A DNA stretch of 64,000 bases from Eledone cirrhosa. Its lineage: Eukaryota. The notes under the pieces are model-generated. The model was not told the DNA's origin and did no database searches. It saw nothing but the letters and a program-made list of their open reading frames with translations. The first letter of the stretch is position 1, and each line of letters starts with the position of its first letter. The position numbers and the translations under genes were made by a program. Of this stretch, positions 60,459-64,000 are shown piece after piece. The stretch lies in the NCBI GenBank assembly GCA_964016885.1, contig OZ024742.1, positions 296,174,001 through 296,238,000 on the forward strand, in the 5' to 3' direction.

Positions 60459-63400
60459 ATGAAATGACAGGAGGCTGGATTTGTGTAAATCCTTGAAATG
60501 TTTATTATACTATGATCATTTCAATGACCGGGTTCCGTATGAATCCGGTGATATCATCAGGTATTCGAAATATAATACGTGAATGTAATAGATAAAATCC
60601 ATGGGGCTGAAAATCGAGGACCCGAGGGCGACCGCTATCCAACACCTTCTACCTTAGCCGGTCGCCCTCGAGTGACGTGACTAAAGCTTACAGTGTGCTA
60701 CTACTGGTCAGATAAAGGAAAACAGAAAGGGATGGGAACCTAAGTTAGCGTTAATCTCATGCCACAAGATAAAAGAAAGAAAGAAAGGAAGAAGAGAGAA
60801 GAAGGGGGAAGGAAGAAGAAGAGAAGCCAGGGTTAATGTCAGCTATAAGAAGAAAGACAGAAAGAAAGAGGAGGAAAGGTCGGTATTACAGTCAGGCCAG
60901 GATTGTCGCGAAGATATTTTTTATTCTACGGGACCCGTATCTAAACAACTACTACCGGTCAGATATAGGCAAACAAAAAGGGGAAGGAAGATAAATCTGC
61001 GGGAGGAAGACAGAAAGAAGGCAGAAGAGAAGGAAGAAGTAGAAAAGTCAGGGTTGATGGCTACAAGAAGGATGATAGAAAGAAAGAGGAAGAAAGGTCG
61101 ATATTAATGTCAGACTACAGTCAGGCCAGGAGTGGCGCGGGAAAATTTTTACAGGGACCCGTATCTTAGCAGAGGTAAATATAGTGGGGGTCAATGTGTT
61201 ATAATGTGTGAGCAGAAGATTGGAACGTTACGTCTTTGTTTAGACTTATAGGATGAAGTTAAAAATTAATAATCAATATTCAATATCAAAGGAATTAGAA
61301 AATTCAAAGTCAAACAGTTTAACATTTTAAGGTTGATATATCTAACAGTTCTGATTTGATCCGTAATTTAAAGGTACTATGTGGCGGTTAAAAAACCAGC
61401 CGCGCTCTGGGACCCCGGGGCGAATCAGACCACTCCGAGTAGTTTCATTTATCGAAAGAAGGGGAAATTTATTTTTCCAAGCACTCAAGGTAGGCCCATG
61501 CGCCAGGGGGCCGGTCGCGACGCCAGGACAACCCACCCAACAGTCCGACATTTATAGGATGAAGTTGAAAGAATTCAGAATAACATTATAAAATTAAAGA
61601 GTAAGAAGATTGAGAATTGAACAAACAGAAAATTGAAGATTAAACATTTAAAAAAAACTTTTTTAAGGTTTTGGGTTGCGGGGTTTAGTAAAAGAGAGTC
61701 TTTTGTGAAGAAACGTTAATTAAAAGGAAGAAGTAGAAAAGTCAGGGTTGATGGCTACAAGAAGAAAGATAGAAAGAAAGAGGAAGAAAGGTCGATATTA
61801 ATGTCAGACTACAGTCAGGCCAGGAGTGGCGCGAACACATTTTCACAGGGACTCGTATCTTAGCAGAGGTAAATATAGTGGGGTCAGTGTGTTATAATGT
61901 GTGAGCAGAAGATTGGAACGTTACGTTTTTGTTTAGACTTATAGGATGAAGTTAAAAATTAATAATTAATATTTAATATTAAAGAAATTAGAAAATTTAA
62001 AGTTAAACAGTCTAATATTTTGACATTTTAAGGTTGATATATCTAATAGTTCTGATTTGATCTGTAATTTAACACTATGTGGCGGTTAAAAAACTGGCCG
62101 CGCGCCGGGCCCTCGGGGCGAATTAAGCCACTCCGAGTAGTTTTATTTACCGAAAGAAGGGGAAATTTATTTTTCCAAGCACTCAAGGTAGGCCCATGCG
62201 CCAGGGGGCTGGTCGCGCCGCCAGTAAAACCCACCCAACAGTCCGACAGAAAGTTGGAACTTTAAAATATTGTTTAAATTTATAGGACGAAGTTGAAAGA
62301 ATTCAGAATAACATTATAAAATTAAAGAGTAAGAAGATTGAGAATTGGACAAACAGAAAATTGAAAATTAAACATTTAAAAAAACAAACTTTTTAAAGGT
62401 TTTGGGTTGCGGGGTTTAATTAAAGAGAGTCTTTTAAGAAGAAACGTTAATTGTATTATGTAGATCTATAATTTATCCTAGTGGGATGTAGAGTAAGGGA
62501 TATAGTCGGGTAATATTTATTTTTGTTCTCAGGGGGAGACATTCTAGTGTCGTGTGCTAATGGGTACAAGTGAGCAAAAGTTCCAATAGGAGGAGTAGAA
62601 ATACATGGATACATAGAAGTGGAATACGTGGAAAAGCACATTGATAAAGCAAAGGTATAAATATATAAATTCTCTTTTACTAAACCCCGCAACCCAAAAC
62701 CTTAAAAAAGTTTTTTTTAAATGTTTAATCTTCAATTTTCTGTTTGTTCAATTCTCAATCTTCTTACTCTTTAATTCTATAATGTTATTCTGAATTCTTT
62801 CAACTTCATCCTATAAATTTAGACAGTATTTTAGCGTTCCAACTTTCTGTCGGACTGTTGGGTGGGTTGTCCTGGCGGCGCGACCGGCCCCCTGGCGCAT
62901 TGGCTACCTTGAGTGCTTGGAAAAATAAATTTCCCCTTCTTTCGATAAATGAAACTACTCGGAGTGGTCTGATTCGCCCCGGGATCAAATCAGAACTGTT
63001 AGATATATCAGAACTGTTAGATATATCAACCTTAAAATGTTAAACTGTTTGACTTTGAATTTTCTAATTCCTTTGATATTGAATATTGATTATTAATTTT
63101 TAACTTCATCCTATAAGTCTAAACAAAAACGTAACGTTCCAATCTTCTGCTCACACATTATAACACATTGACCCCCACTATATTTACCTCTGCTAAGATA
63201 CGGGTCCCTGTAAAAATTTTCCCGCGCCACTCCTGGCCTGACTGTAGTCTGACATTAATATCGACATTTCTTCCTCTTTCTTTCTATCTTCCTTCTTGTA
63301 GCCATCAACCCTGACTTTTCTACTTCTTCCTTTTCTTCCTTCTCTTCTGCCTTCTTTCTGTCTTCCTCCCGCAGACTTATCTTCCTTCCCCTTTTTGTTT

Positions 63401-63821
63401 GCCTATATCTGACCGGTAGTAGTTGTTTAGAAACGGGTCCCGTAGAATAAAAAAATTTCTTCGCGACAATCCTGGCCTGACTGTAATACCGACCTTTCCT
63501 CCTCTTTCTTTCTGTCTTTCTTCTTATAGCTGACATTAACCCTGGCTTCTCTTCTTCCTCCTTCCCCCTTCTTCTCTCTTCTTCCTTTCTTTCTTTCTTT
63601 TGTCTTGTGGCATGAGATTAACGCTAACTTAGGTTCCCATCCCTTTCTCTTTTCCTTTATCTGACCGGTAGTAGCACACTGTAAGCTTTAGTCACGTCAC
63701 TCGAGAGCAACCGGCTAAGGTAGAAGGTGCTGGATAGCGGTCGCCCTCGGGTCCTCGATTTTCAGCCCCATGGATTTTATCTATTACATTCACGTATTAT
63801 ATTTCGAATACCTGATGATAT
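60455..63821. mobile_element. Rearranged PLE 3'-end insertion with internal tandem duplications and inverted arm
   Basis: The left arm (minus) has a hammerhead at 60507-60564, and about 61030-61720 is duplicated at 61725-62450. The right arm 62675-63821 is inverted and breaks just after CTGATGA. There is a degenerate EN C-terminus-like reading VGWVVL...LECLEK. Confidence 0.75.
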
Positions 63822-64000
63822 TAAAGGAAACGAATGTTTGTCGATGAATGGACAATTCATCGTTTCTCTTTGTATGAATAAATGACTCCAGAAAGGGGGT
63901 GAACAATCAAAATTTAACGATCTTTTATTAAATGTGATATTTAATAAATTTCCTACAACGTCAATTTAAACATACATTGTGGGTTAATAAAAAAGGGTGT

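Noticed and set aside
61378-61550. GC-rich repeated block suspected to be an HDV-like ribozyme or small gene (MWRLK... ORFs)
   Set aside because: No double pseudoknot could be built; the opposite strand reads as a decayed PLE endonuclease C-terminus.

Overview
AT-rich eukaryotic repeat graveyard with no recognisable host gene. It is most likely a cephalopod, probably Octopus, inferred from the tRNA-derived SINE family and the (TA)n load. Long (TA)n-based microsatellites host dense insertions, and most of the YI/IY ORFs in the track are microsatellite noise. The main residents are Penelope-like elements (PLEs: RT plus GIY-YIG endonuclease) of several families, including Naiad-like and Neptune/Nematis-like types. 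Also present are CR1-group LINEs, an L1/Tx1 LINE, an R4/Dong fragment, an internally deleted RTE, a Gypsy remnant, SINEs and MITEs. Two things stand out. First, about 24 type I hammerhead ribozyme motifs of about 13 sequence types lie in PLE termini; five types have a U3-A8 core swap, several have long stem II insertions, and nearly all have a type-specific palindromic stem III. Second, 13 PLE insertions have a divergent inverted architecture inside (TA)n, and in all 12 scorable cases one arm ends at a 'short' end and the other at a 'long' end (about 35-140 nt further). All structures were folded and aligned by eye, so coordinates may be off by a few bases.
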